DNA of 63,721 nucleotides, counting the filler, from Octopus bimaculoides (Eukaryota), in assembly GCF_001194135.2 (NCBI RefSeq). It is 7 parts of 7 records of this genome, joined end to end, with 100 filler letters (N's around TTAATTAATTAA, not from the genome) between each part and the next. Parts side by side here need not be neighbours in the genome. Positions count along the whole stretch, not along the records: positions 39,997 to 51,076 come from NC_069005.1; positions 51,177 to 58,703 come from NC_068987.1; positions 58,804 to 61,950 come from NC_069001.1; positions 62,051 to 63,721 come from NW_026376440.1; 3 more parts are not named here. The stretch is one strand, 5' to 3'. Position numbers and translations under genes: made by a program. The notes under the pieces were generated by a model. That model made no database searches. It was given only the letters and a program-made list of their open reading frames with translations, and was not told where the DNA came from. Shown here piece by piece: positions 49,519 to 62,168 of the stretch. The stretch's first letter is position 1. Every line of letters begins with the position of its first letter.

Positions 49519-50663
49519 NNNNNNNNNNNNNNNNNNNNNNNNNNNNNNNNNNNNNNNNNNNNNNNNNNNNNNNNNNNNNNNNNNNNNNNNNNNNNNNNNN
49601 NNNNNNNNNNNNNNNNNNNNNNNNNNNNNNNNNNNNNNNNNNNNNNNNNNNNNNNNNNNNNNNNNNNNNNNNNNNNNNNNNNNNNNNNNNNNNNNNNNNN
49701 NNNNNNNNNNNNNNNNNNNNNNNNNNNNNNNNNNNNNNNNNNNNNNNNNNNNNNNNNNNNNNNNNNNNNNNNNNNNNNNNNNNNNNNNNNNNNNNNNNNN
49801 NNNNNNNNNNNNNNNNNNNNNNNNNNNNNNNNNNNNNNNNNNNNNNNNNNNNNNNNNNNNNNNNNNNNNNNNNNNNNNNNNNNNNNNNNNNNNNNNNNNN
49901 NNNNNNNNNNNNNNNNNNNNNNNNNNNNNNNNNNNNNNNNNNNNNNNNNNNNNNNNNNNNNNNNNNNNNNNNNNNNNNNNNNNNNNNNNNNNNNNNNNNN
50001 NNNNNNNNNNNNNNNNNNNNNNNNNNNNNNNNNNNNNNNNNNNNNNNNNNNNNNNNNNNNNNNNNNNNNNNNNNNNNNNNNNNNNNNNNNNNNNNNNNNN
50101 NNNNNNNNNNNNNNNNNNNNNNNNNNNNNNNNNNNNNNNNNNNNNNNNNNNNNNNNNNNNNNNNNNNNNNNNNNNNNNNNNNNNNNNNNNNNNNNNNNNN
50201 NNNNNNNNNNNNNNNNNNNNNNNNNNNNNNNNNNNNNNNNNNNNNNNNNATATATATATATATATAGCTCTCTGTATTCTGTATATGACAATGACACTTC
50301 GCTGTCAGCAGCTCAGTCTATATAGTTGTAATGAGGCACTATTATGTAGTATGGTTTACATTTACTGTGTCCGTAACGAAATTACTTAACTGTCAACAGC
50401 ACCACACTAAACTCTTAATGGTCTCAGTTCACTGGGCTGTAAGTAAATACCACATTGTAACGTGGTTCACGGTTACGTGTCCATGCCCAACACACTAAGC
50501 TGTCAAAAAACTCGGGAACAAGATTAAATAGGAACAAGATTAAGAATAACTCGTCATTGAAAACAGTAGAGACACAGATTCGTTTGCATGTAGTGCAAAG
50601 TTTAATCCCCTCTCAAGTGAGGATATATAACTAGAAAGGCATCCTGCCAAATTGAAAGGATTA

Positions 50664-50689
<26 letters not shown>

Positions 50690-50719
<30 letters not shown>

Positions 50720-51076
50720 GTTATTGAGTGAGAGAGCATTGCATACTATCAAAGTGACACGAAGGTAAAATATACGAAGCCCACTATACCCATCATGACT
50801 ACCCGTCTGATAAGGGTACACCAGGCACATACATCACAACCATATGTGCGTGACATGGTGATCTCATGTCAAGATAAACAGCGCATGACCTCGCAGGTGG
50901 GGCCCAGTTAGAATTTTCTTCAGGTCGAGTAGCCCATCCCGCTCAAAAGGTCCCTGAATAAGGTTTGTTTAAGGATGTTGAGCAAAACACCCATGTTTCC
51001 AAAGGTGAATTATTCAAACTCCAAAGAATTCCTCTAAACACATGGCTATGATGCACCCCCACTACTTCTGCTCATG
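50690..51076 (-). mobile_element. SINE-like retroposon with (AAT)n tail
   Basis: Long (TTA)n tract followed by a GC-richer ~370-bp non-coding body running into a gap. Confidence 0.5.
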
Positions 51077-51357
51077 NNNNNNNNNNNNNNNNNNNNNNNN
51101 NNNNNNNNNNNNNNNNNNNNTTAATTAATTAANNNNNNNNNNNNNNNNNNNNNNNNNNNNNNNNNNNNNNNNNNNNATACGCTAGGCCACTTGGATGTAA
51201 ATTTTTATTAGTTTCCATTTCCCTTTGATATGATTAAGTATATATATATATGTGTGTGTGTGCGTGTCTGTGTGTGTGTGTGTGTATAAGGATTTACTTT
51301 CCGTAATGAGATAAAAGACCAAGGCTGTGTATAATATAGAACATTTATAAATAGAAT

Positions 51358-51405
51358 GTCTTACAACTGTTTCCAGGATATTTATTATATCCCTTCATCG
51401 GAGAC
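51358..51405 (-). ncRNA. Mirror copy of the hammerhead motif in the left arm of the fold-back
   Basis: Reverse complement of 51568-51615 except helix III cagttg instead of cagctg. Confidence 0.55.
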
Positions 51406-51567
51406 GGTGTGAGAGGATGATTAGATAAGATAGGAAATAGAGAGTGAATGTAGGGATATTATTTGTTTCTGCCTAAACATTGGATTTACAAATACAATAT
51501 CCCTACATTCACTCTCTATTTCCTATCTTAACTAAACTAACTATTGCTTACATCATCCTCTCACACC

Positions 51568-51615
51568 GTCTCCGATGAAGGGATATAATAAATATCCTGG
51601 AAACAGCTGTAAGAC
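51568..51615 (+). ncRNA. Minimal type I hammerhead ribozyme motif (Penelope-like element type)
   Basis: gtct-CCGATGA-a-gggatat(aataa)atatcct-g-GAAA-cagctg-TA-agac: helix I gtct/agac, 7-bp helix II, palindromic helix III ACAGCTGT, GUA cleavage triplet; U4C variant core. Confidence 0.65.
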
Positions 51616-53034
51616 ATTCTATTTATAAATGTTCTATATTATACACAGCCTTGGTCTTTTATCTCATTACGAAAAGTAAATCCTTATATTCACACGCTGA
51701 TATATGATCTACGTTATTCACATAACCCCTTATTCGCATAACCCTTTATTCGCATAATCATCGAACCTGGAGCTTAATTGTGGTCTCTCCATAGCCCTTA
51801 CTCAGCATTACCTGAAACCNNNNNNNNNNNNNNNNNNNNNNNNNNNNNNNNNNNNNNNNNNNNNNNNNNNNNNNNNNNNNNNNNNNNNNNNNNNNNNNNN
51901 NNNNNNNNNNNNNNNNNNNNNNNNNNNNNNNNNNNNNNNNNNNNNNNNNNNNNNNNNNNNNNNNNNNNNNNNNNNNNNNNNNNNNNNNNNNNNNNNNNNN
52001 NNNNNNNNNNNNNNNNNNNNNNNNNNNNNNNNNNNNNNNNNNNNNNTATATATATATATATATATATGTACGTATGTGTGTATGGATATGCATATATACA
52101 CATATATATTTATACATATCTATATATATGTGTGTCTGTCTGATTTTAGTTAAGTTTTGTAGTTTCTTCCTGTTCTACTAACAGATTTAAAGGTAATATT
52201 TTGTCTGGAAATTCACGGTATTTGATGGCATTAACAAGCGATCCTGTGAATTTGGAAACTAATTTGAATTTGCAACCAAAGTAAAGAAGTTGCATATCTT
52301 GAAGCAATTGGTCAAAAATATTTTGAATAATTTTTAATTAAATGTTTGTATCTGGTAGCTATGTGACCTCAGAAACTGTACATAGTTTTAAATAGCTATC
52401 TATGTATCAAACTTAATGTATACCCATTATCGATAGGCCAGTTACTGTCAGTTACTGCCCTATTTGTCCTGAGATAAGATCTCTTATTGTCTTCGTATGT
52501 GAAAAACAATAAATATCAGAAAGAGGCGAAAATCTGTCCCAGCAGCAGCCAGCGAGAGCGCCAAGTACATTCCGGCCTTTTGGAGATGTACTTGCATTTT
52601 ATGTTTCTTTTCTTTTCTGTTCTAACTATATCAAGTCTGTTGGGTTTGTGTTCAGTCAAAGTCTTAAAGATATGCTTTACCAATATTCCTTATATTGGAA
52701 TGTATAAGTATTTTTTATAATTCTTGTATAATTTTATTTCTTTCAGTCTGGGACTCCGACTATGCTGCTGTACTGCCAAGAAGGAGTTTGTCAATCAGAT
52801 CGGCACCAGAATTTAGCTTTTACGGTCTGGTACTCAATGTACCAGTCTCTTTCCCGTACCGCTAAGTGACGGTGATATAAACAAGCCAAGATCGGTTGTC
52901 AAGTGGGACATATGTACATATGTACATACGTATGTATGTATTTATACATACGTACATATGTACGTACGTATGTATGTATTTATATATGTATGCATTTATA
53001 TAGGTGTGTGTGTGTGTGTGTGTGTATACATATA

Positions 53035-53130
53035 CGAGGGGGTACTAAATAGTTCCTGGTTTTAAAGGGATTGCTAAAGGCCTGGCTGGAGGCCTAATCT
53101 TCCGAGTTCTTTTACAGGGCTTAGAAAGAC
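53035..53130 (+). mobile_element. Possible mariner-type terminal fragment
   Basis: TA followed by cgaggggggtactaaatagttcctgg resembles mariner TIR starts; partner end not found. Confidence 0.3.
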
Positions 53131-53230
53131 ATATGTGCATATGTGTGTATCTGTGTGTATTATGTATGTATATATAAATATATATATGTACATATACATA
53201 TTTAATATATATATATGTTTTGTTTTTTTT

Positions 53231-53429
53231 ACTACCCACAAGGGGCTACACACAGAGGGGACAAACAAGGACAGACAAACGGATAAAGTCGATTACTTAT
53301 TTAATCGACCCCGAAAGGATAAAAGGCAAAGTCGACCTCGGCGAAATTTGAACTCAGAACGTAGCGGCAGACGAAATAACGTTAAGCATTTCGCCCGACG
53401 TGCCAACGTTTCTGCCAGCTCGCCTCCTT
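53231..53429 (-). mobile_element. tRNA-derived SINE family C, full length
   Basis: Minus strand head aggcgagctggcagaaacgtt...ttctgagttcaaatttcgccgaggtcgac, tail ...ccccttgtgggtagt. Confidence 0.85.
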
Positions 53430-53512
53430 GCTTTATTTATAAATATATTTATAATATATATATGTATTATACTAAATATATATTACACTCATGTATTACA
53501 CACACAGACACA

Positions 53513-53555
<43 letters not shown>

Positions 53556-53561
53556 CTATAT

Positions 53562-53618
<57 letters not shown>

Positions 53619-53668
53619 GATATTATAAACACATATATACATGTGTGTATATATTTACATATATATGT

Positions 53669-53701
<33 letters not shown>

Positions 53702-53878
53702 CACACATATATATCCACTTAAGTAATTCCATTTTGATCATAATCACACGCACCACCATTCATTCCCTTACCATTTATTGGATAATAAACATGAAAATAT
53801 CAAAATTTTATGCTTGCTATATCAATTATAGATCTACTTAAGTACTTTGACTTTCACTTTAATTTTCGATTTATTTTG

Positions 53879-53910
<32 letters not shown>

Positions 53911-54484
53911 AAATATATATATATATATATGATACTTGAAGCAGAGAAAGGAAACAAAAGCAGCAACAATAAAATATAGGAAGAAACAATATTTGTCATT
54001 GTATTATTCCGTTGGGTTTCCTCAACAAAACAATCGGTTGAAATTTCAAATGTTTTCCATGAAATTTTTCTATTGCTTGTTTTGTCTTACTACTATCANN
54101 NNNNNNNNNNNNNNNNNNNNNNNNNNNNNNNNNNNNNNNNNNNNNNNNNNNNNNNNNNNNNNNNNNNNNNNNNNNNNNNNNNNNNNNNNNNNNNNNNNNN
54201 NNNNNNNNNNNNNNNNNNNNNNNNNNNNNNNNNNNNNNNNNNNNNNNNNNNNNNNNNNNNNNNNNNNNNNNNNNNNNNNNNNNNNNNCTTGACTTAGTGT
54301 TTAGGGGTGTTTGGCTTGTAATGATAAGGTCATGGTTTCAATTTCTGGACCCCGCTATGTCCTTAAAAAAGTCATTTCTTTTCGCGTTGCTCTACTCTAT
54401 AGTTTATTCAACTGTAATGAGTACCTGGGTACTTATGCAGGCCTCTCTCAATCTCATTCTCCAACGGTTACATCCATAGAATGA

Positions 54485-54785
54485 ACATGCGTGACTTAGT
54501 GGTTAGGCTTACGATTGTAATGTCGTGAGTTCGATTCCCAATGGCGCTTTGTGTCCTTGAGCAAAACACTTTATTTCACATTGTTCCAGTCCACTCAGCT
54601 GGCAAAAATGAATAGTAACTGTTTTTCAAAGGGCCAACCTGGTCACATTCTGTGTCTCGCTGCATCTCTCTGAGATCTATGTTATGGGTATGCGTGTCTA
54701 TGGAGTGCTCAACCACTTGCACGCAGGCTGTTGCGTTGATCGGATCACCTGGAACCCTCGTCGTCGTAACCGACGGAATACCACA
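54485..54785 (+). mobile_element. SINE with CORE-like 5' part and family A 3' part
   Basis: tRNA-like head, then tgtgtccttgagcaaaacactttatttcac (CORE-like), then the family A 3' module ...gagtgctcaaccacttgcacg...ggaaccctcgtcgtcgtaaccgacgga. Confidence 0.75.
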
Positions 54786-55137
54786 TCCATTGATGATGTG
54801 TTTTGAGAAGAGTAATGGAGCCGAATGGGTGTCTTGATCACGGACACATAGACACCTGAAAAAATTAACAAAGCCATGGTACCTGCTACCACGCTACATG
54901 TATCTTATACATTTTACTCGGTTTATAGTACCAAACCACAGTCGCCAGCGAATGACAGATGGCTGTCCTGCATTTGTATGCGTTTCAGAAGCAATAAGAG
55001 AAGTCATGTGCACTTTTGTAAATGTTTGTGTACATATGTGTGCATAAGTGTGTATATATGTCCTTATGTGTGATGTGTGCGCGTGTATGTACGTGTGCGT
55101 GGCTCCCCCCTCTCTCTCTCTCTCTCCCCCTCTCTCC

Positions 55138-55184
<47 letters not shown>

Positions 55185-56394
55185 TTCTTTCTATTTTAAA
55201 TCGATTCAATGATGGAAAAATCAGATCAGCTGTTTCCGTGGTTATTCTTTTGATGATCTGCTCTTGAGATATCGATCTTTTTGTTCATAAATAATGAAGC
55301 AGACGATAACAACATACTTAAAATATAGCAAGCTCGTTAAACTTTTATTTTATCGAAATTATATTTATATCCAGAGGAGGTAAATGCTATTGGACAGCGT
55401 ATAGCTACAAAAATTCAAAACAAGAAGACAATTGAAAATATATAAATAACATAGATTTGTCGAGCATTTTAATGCGTCAGAGTACTGAATAATTAAATTT
55501 AGGCAAAGAAATATAGAGGAAAGGTAGTTTGATCATTTGCAGACAGGGTAACAATGCTGGACATATTTCGATCTCTTAACACCTCTTCAGCGAAGGATAA
55601 TCATTCAGGTACTGATAAGTAGAGAGCCTGCTTGATGAGGAGAGTGCTTTCTGAATATATTGCCGAATAAAAAGACCATGTCTGTTAAACGACAGGTGAA
55701 CTCATGAAATTCAACGGCCACCCATTTGTGTGCAAATGTACTTCTTTCAAAACCAATACTGTTTTGTAGATACCCTTTGGTGAGTAAATCGAACGGAAGA
55801 TGCTGCGAAATCAAACCTGCAGTTGATATAGCTGCCAGTCAACCTGCAATGTTTCTTACTGCATTCCAGTCACTGACACTTAGGCAGAGTCGGGTACGGG
55901 TGGCACACACGTATGTGACATTGATCCAATGACGTATATATATGTCTCTACCCATCTGTTTCATTTTGTCACTCTCTCTCTCGCTCTATTAATGTTCTGT
56001 GTGGGATGGAAAAGTGGTGACGTGTGTAGACTTAACCACTTGAATCGCAGAGTCACGTATCAACTAGTGAAAACAACGAGAATGTTTCGGACTTATCAAA
56101 CATCTTTAGCAAACTATATTCTACTCAGTTGAGAAGAGTTTGGTGGAATATTATATGTCTGTTACTTGGAAAATCTCAGTTGACTAAAGCTGTCTTCCTA
56201 AAGATTAGGTTTCGTCTTCACAATAAAAGATACTTCAGTCATGTTCAGATACTTACAAACTTAAGTTCCACAATGGGGTATTTTTCCTCTATATAGTTTT
56301 CTGTTTGATAAAGTCTCCTTTTATTTTCAATCTGTTTACGTAAACACATGCTTTATTCAGAATCTCCGTATATCTGCTCTTGGTTTTACCGTTT

Positions 56395-56580
56395 ATCTTT
56401 TACTTGTTTCAATCATTAGACTGCAGCCTAGTTGCAGGTACCGCTTTGAAGGGATTAATCAAGCAGATCGACCTCGCTACTTATTTTTTTTAAGCCTAGT
56501 ACCTATTTTATTGGTCTGTCTTGCCGAAACACTAAGTTACGTTGACGTAAACAAACCAACACCGGTTATAAGGGGTGGAA
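56395..56580 (-). mobile_element. SINE family B 3' half
   Basis: Reverse complement of the family B 3' module. Confidence 0.65.
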
Positions 56581-56618
56581 GTGTGAAACATAAACGTAAA
56601 TAGACTCACAAACACAGA

Positions 56619-56660
<42 letters not shown>

Positions 56661-58444
56661 NNNNNNNNNNNNNNNNNNNNNNNNNNNNNNNNNNNNNNNN
56701 NNNNNNNNNNNNNNNNNNNNNNNNNNNNNNNNNNNNNNNNNNNNNNNNNNNNNNNNNNNNNNNNNNNNNNNNNNNNNNNNNNNNNNNNNNNNNNNNNNNN
56801 NNNNNNNNNNNNNNNNNNNNNNNNNNNNNNNNNNNNNNNNNNNNNNNNNNNNNNNNNNNNNNNNNNNNNNNNNNNNNNNNNNNNNNNNNNNNNNNNNNNN
56901 NNNNNNNNNNNNNNNNNNNNNNNNNNNNNNNNNNNNNNNNNNNNNNNNNNNNNNNNNNNNNNNNNNNNNNNNNNNNNNNNNNNNNNNNNNNNNNNNNNNN
57001 NNNNNNNNNNNNNNNNNNNNNNNNNNNNNNNNNNNNNNNNNNNNNNNNNNNNNNNNNNNNNNNNNNNNNNNNNNNNNNNNNNNNNNNNNNNNNNNNNNNN
57101 NNNNNNNNNNNNNNNNNNNNNNNNNNNNNNNNNNNNNNNNNNNNNNNNNNNNNNNNNNNNNNNNNNNNNNNNNNNNNNNNNNNNNNNNNNNNNNNNNNNN
57201 NNNNNNNNNNNNNNNNNNNNNNNNNNNNNNNNNNNNNNNNNNNNNNNNNNNNNNNNNNNNNNNNNNNNNNNNNNNNNNNNNNNNNNNNNNNNNNNNNNNN
57301 NNNNNNNNNNNNNNNNNNNNNNNNNNNNNNNNNNNNNNNNNNNNNNNNNNNNNNNNNNNNNNNNNNNNNNNNNNNNNNNNNNNNNNNNNNNNNNNNNNNN
57401 NNNNNNNNNNNNNNNNNNNNNNNNNNNNNNNNNNNNNNNNNNNNNNNNNNNNNNNNNNNNNNNNNNNNNNNNNNNNNNNNNNNNNNNNNNNNNNNNNNNN
57501 NNNNNNNNNNNNNNNNNNNNNNNNNNNNNNNNNNNNNNNNNNNNNNNNNATATATATATATATGTATGTATGTATGTATATATAATACTGAATGGGACAA
57601 GAACACAAAGCATCCAGACAGTTAGGTGATACAAGAAAGGGACAAAACATCCAGATAGACGATACAAAGAAAACACGGACAGGTCATTCGGAGTTTTCTC
57701 TCTTCAGTCGAGATCCAGATTATCTTTGCAATTTCGGCTGGTTATTCTCGATATTGCTCCACTCTGGCCAGCCCCAAGGAAAAACTAAGCTAAGAGCATT
57801 AGACTCCTTGGAAGAAAGCAGCGAGTGTGTGTGTGTGTGTGTATGCGACGGGCTTCAGTTTCCTTTTACCAAATCCACATAATAGGATTGAACCTGAAAC
57901 CATATGGTTAAGAAGCAAACTTCTTTTATGTAATTCATTTATTTTACATATTGCCTTGTCTCTCTTGCATTTGTTTATTGTAGCTAAACAATGCTCAACG
58001 GTGTTTAACTCTCTGCCATATAATGTAGTTTCTGTTGGCTAAAAGCTTAATGCGCTCGATATATTTAAGTATATTATTACCGTCTGCTTCATTATTTATG
58101 AACAAAAAGATTGATATCTTAAGTGGATATCAAGACAACAGAAATATCTGATCACTCTATACCAGTCTCACAACACTAACACTTTATATCGTTCTGTATC
58201 AGCCCCCACATTCTTCAACTGCTCACATCACACACAAACAATATCACCACACCGATCTCTACCATCATTTTTGTGAAGACTTCTGTCTCAAGACCTCACA
58301 CCCTACTCTATTCCACTTTCAATCTAATTATTTATTATTTATTATTTATTTCACAATTATTTTGGTATAATAACAGAGATTGTTGCAGCTGGTTTCACAG
58401 TTTAAATTTTAAATGTAGTTATTTATTTTGTTTCATCCTTAACG

Positions 58445-58475
<31 letters not shown>

Positions 58476-58529
58476 CTTCTTCTTCTTCTTCTTCTTCTTC
58501 TTCTTCTTCTTCTTCTTCTATTATTATTC

Positions 58530-58703
58530 TTTTACTCTTTTACTCTTTTACTTGTTTCAGTCTTTCGACTGTGGCCATGCTGGAGCACCGCCTTTAGTCG
58601 AGCAAATCGACCCCAGGACTTATTCTTTGGAAGCCTAGTACTTATTCTATCGGTCTCTTTTGCTGAACCGCTAAGTTACGGAGACGTAAACACACCAGCA
58701 TCG
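58530..58703 (-). mobile_element. SINE family B 3' half followed (minus strand) by (GAA)n
   Basis: tcgactgtggccatgctggagcaccgcctttagtcgagcaaatcgaccccagg...ccgctaagttacg. Confidence 0.75.
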
Positions 58704-59138
58704 NNNNNNNNNNNNNNNNNNNNNNNNNNNNNNNNNNNNNNNNNNNNTTAATTAATTAANNNNNNNNNNNNNNNNNNNNNNNNNNNNNNNNNNNNNNNNN
58801 NNNAGAATGGAAGAACGGAGAAAGAGGAAAATGGTACCGATGCCCACGAGGTTACATGATGAAAAGACCGGAAGAGGAGGTGGTGGGGGAAAAGTTCTTT
58901 CTTAGATAGGAGAGTGAAAAAGGGAGATGAATCTGTGCGTTTGCGAAAGTCTGCGAGTGTGTGTGTGATAACAGAACGTGTGTGTGCGTATGTATGTGTG
59001 TGTGTGTGTGTGTACATACATATACATACATTCATTTGCATGTATATATTTATATATACATACATGCATGTTTGAGTGTGTGCGTGTAAATGTGTTTGTG
59101 TATGTGTGTGTGTGTGTTTATATATATGCTTTTTTTTT

Positions 59139-59346
59139 CTACTCTAAGCACAAAGCCCGAAATTTGGGGGACGGGGGGGGCCAGTCGATTAGATCGACCC
59201 CAGTACGCAACTGGTACTTAATTCATCCGAAAAGATGAAAGGAAAAGTCGACCTCGGCGGAATTTGAACTGAGAACGTCACGGCAGACGAAATACCGCCA
59301 GGCATTTCGCCCGGCGCGCTAACCACTCTGCCAGCTCGCTGCCTTA
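59139..59346 (-). mobile_element. SINE family C copy with alternative 3' end
   Basis: Same head and core as 53231; 3' part ...cccccccgtccccaaatttcgggctttgtg. Confidence 0.8.
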
Positions 59347-61359
59347 TTCATACATGTTTGTCGATATCCACATGTCCGCTTGAATTTGAATATATGCAAA
59401 TATTTGTGTGTGTGCGTACGTTTGTGGGGGAGGTGTTGAGAAAAGGGGACAGGTTGACAAACGTCTATAAATTTTAATTTTGTGCCCTTAAAATTGGGGT
59501 TATTTCACTAAAAATCCATCGAAGCGTGTGAGATAGGGGATAAGGGGCCTTGTCATAATTTAGGGAGCTTATCGTGTCATTCACCACCTTAAAAGGGAAA
59601 CTGATTGGCCGAGATCAAAGCAGGGTTCCGACAGGGACAAGATGGCGGATAGTGTTTTAATGATGAAGCGTATATATATACACTCGCACACGTATACACG
59701 ATTGCATAGGGAAAACGTGCGGCGCACACTGCACGTTCATACGTGTACACATGCACATTGGGATGTACGTGTAAACATGCAAATTTACACAAACAGGGAG
59801 CGACACATGCACATACACACACATACAAGTACACACGTGCGCATACATTCATAAACACGCATATAAACGCATACACAAACGCACAGACACACTTACACAC
59901 ACAAACACATAAAATGGAAATATCTAAAGATTGATTAGCTTTTATAATCACATCTAATTTATGAATGATGATGATGATGATGATGATGAGGAGGAGGAGN
60001 NNNNNNNNNNNNNNNNNNNNNNNNNNNNNNNNNNNNNNNNNNNNNNNNNNNNNNNNNNNNNNNNNNNNNNNNNNNNNNNNNNNNNNNNNNNNNNNNNNNN
60101 NNNNNNNNNNNNNNNNNNNNNNNNNNNNNNNNNNNNNNNNNNNNNNNNNNNNNNNNNNNNNNNNNNNNNNNNNNNNNNNNNNNNNNNNNNNNNNNNNNNN
60201 NNNNNNNNNNNNNNNNNNNNNNNNNNNNNNNNNNNNNNNNNNNNNNNNNNNNNNNNNNNNNNNNNNNNNNNNNNNNNNNNNNNNNNNNNNNNNNNNNNNN
60301 NNNNNNNNNNNNNNNNNNNNNNNNNNNNNNNNNNNNNNNNNNNNNNNNNNNNNNNNNNNNNNNNNNNNNNNNNNNNNNNNNNNNNNNNNNNNNNNNNNNN
60401 NNNNNNNNNNNNNNNNNNNNNNNNNNNNNNNNNNNNNNNNNNNNNNNNNNNNNNNNNNNNNNNNNNNNNNNNNNNNNNNNNNNNNNNNNNNNNNNNNNNN
60501 NNNNNNNNNNNNNNNNNNNNNNNNNNNNNNNNNNNNNNNNNNNNNNNNNNNNNNNNNNNNNNNNNNNNNNNNNNNNNNNNNNNNNNNNNNNNNNNNNNNN
60601 NNNNNNNNNNNNNNNNNNNNNNNNNNNNNNNNNNNNNNNNNNNNNNNNNNNNNNNNNNNNNNNNNNNNNNNNNNNNNNNNNNNNNNNNNNNNNNNNNNNN
60701 NNNNNNNNNNNNNNNNNNNNNNNNNNNNNNNNNNNNNNNNNNNNNNNNNNNNNNNNNNNNNNNNNNNNNNNNNNNNNNNNNNNNNNNNNNNNNNNNNNNN
60801 NNNNNNNNNNNNNNNNNNNNNNNNNNNNNNNNNNNNNNATACACACATATTTCATACACATATATTACACGCAGAACATATGTACATGTGTACATGTGCA
60901 CACACACACACACGCTGGCACACATCATATGAGAGCTGAAATTTAGCGAGTGATTAGAACGTATGACAAAAGACTTGGTATTTGTTCCGACTCAGTGCGT
61001 TCAGAGTTCAAATCGTGCCGGGGTCAACTTTGTCACTGAAATAAATTACCGTCCGGGGCAACTAATAAATATAAACACAGAGAGGTTCATGGCTGGAATG
61101 TCTTTGATGATACGTTGCCGGCATAAGACAAACAAAAACAACAACAACGGACTAATGAGCGTGCCAATCAGGTGACCATGCCATTTGCTAAAAACAACAG
61201 CCAAGTAAAACTAAAATTTATTCAGCCGCCTAAGAAAATGGAAGGATCACATTATATAATGAATAAACAAACGTAGCGTGTCCCTGGTATGTCAGTGAGA
61301 TGGAATGGTCATGACTGGAGCGCCTTTGATTAAATAGCAATAATAATAAAAGTTTCAAA

Positions 61360-61493
61360 TTTTGGCACAAGGCCAGCAATTTCGGGGAGGGTGTAAGTCG
61401 GTTACATAGACCTCAGTGCGTAACTGGTACTTATTTAACAGACCCCGATAGGATGAAAGGCAAAGTCGACCTCGGCGGAATTTGAACTCATTA

Positions 61494-61556
<63 letters not shown>

Positions 61557-61654
61557 TCTTTCTACTTTAGGCACATGGTCTAAAATTTGTGGGGAGGTGA
61601 CCAGTCGATTACATCCTCCCTAGTGTTTCACTGGTACTTAATTTATCGACCCCG
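61360..61654 (-). mobile_element. Two partial SINE family C copies separated by (AAT)n
   Basis: 61360-61490 and 61556-61654 both contain ctggtacttat...gaccccga. Confidence 0.7.
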
Positions 61655-62113
61655 ATATATATATATATATATATATATATATCGGGGTCGATATATATAT
61701 ATATATATATACTTTATTTAAAAGCAGCAGAAATATAACAAAGAAACCGTTACTCTGAGTTTCACACAAATTAAAAGGGTATAAAGGTTTATCAATTTAT
61801 TAATTTACTAATCAATCAACAATTAATAATTTTTACCAAGCCCTTCGGTATGCAAGCACCATTATCGGTGGAGAACTTATTTAAAAGTTCATATATATTT
61901 ATAAACATAATTAAGGGATCAGCAAACATTTACTTCCCTTAATTATGTGTNNNNNNNNNNNNNNNNNNNNNNNNNNNNNNNNNNNNNNNNNNNNTTAATT
62001 AATTAANNNNNNNNNNNNNNNNNNNNNNNNNNNNNNNNNNNNNNNNNNNNATATATCTGTACGTGAATATATATAAATATAACTGTTATGTGTGTGCGTG
62101 CATGTACGTGTGT

Positions 62114-62168
<55 letters not shown>

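Larger units (their letters stand above)
51285..51688. repeat. Near-perfect inverted duplication (arms ~175-190 bp) of a Penelope-like terminal segment
   Basis: 51285-51460 is the reverse complement of 51496-51688 apart from a few substitutions and one short differing patch; each arm carries the hammerhead motif. Confidence 0.9.

Noticed and set aside
57675-57715. Minus-strand CTGAAGA-gag-aaaa-ctc-cGAAT hammerhead-like string
   Set aside because: GAAT instead of GAAA, an extra base after helix II, and no helix I pairing.
1873-60939. Many long ORFs made of X, or of YI/CV/HT/LSIY repeats
   Set aside because: Translations of N gaps and microsatellites.
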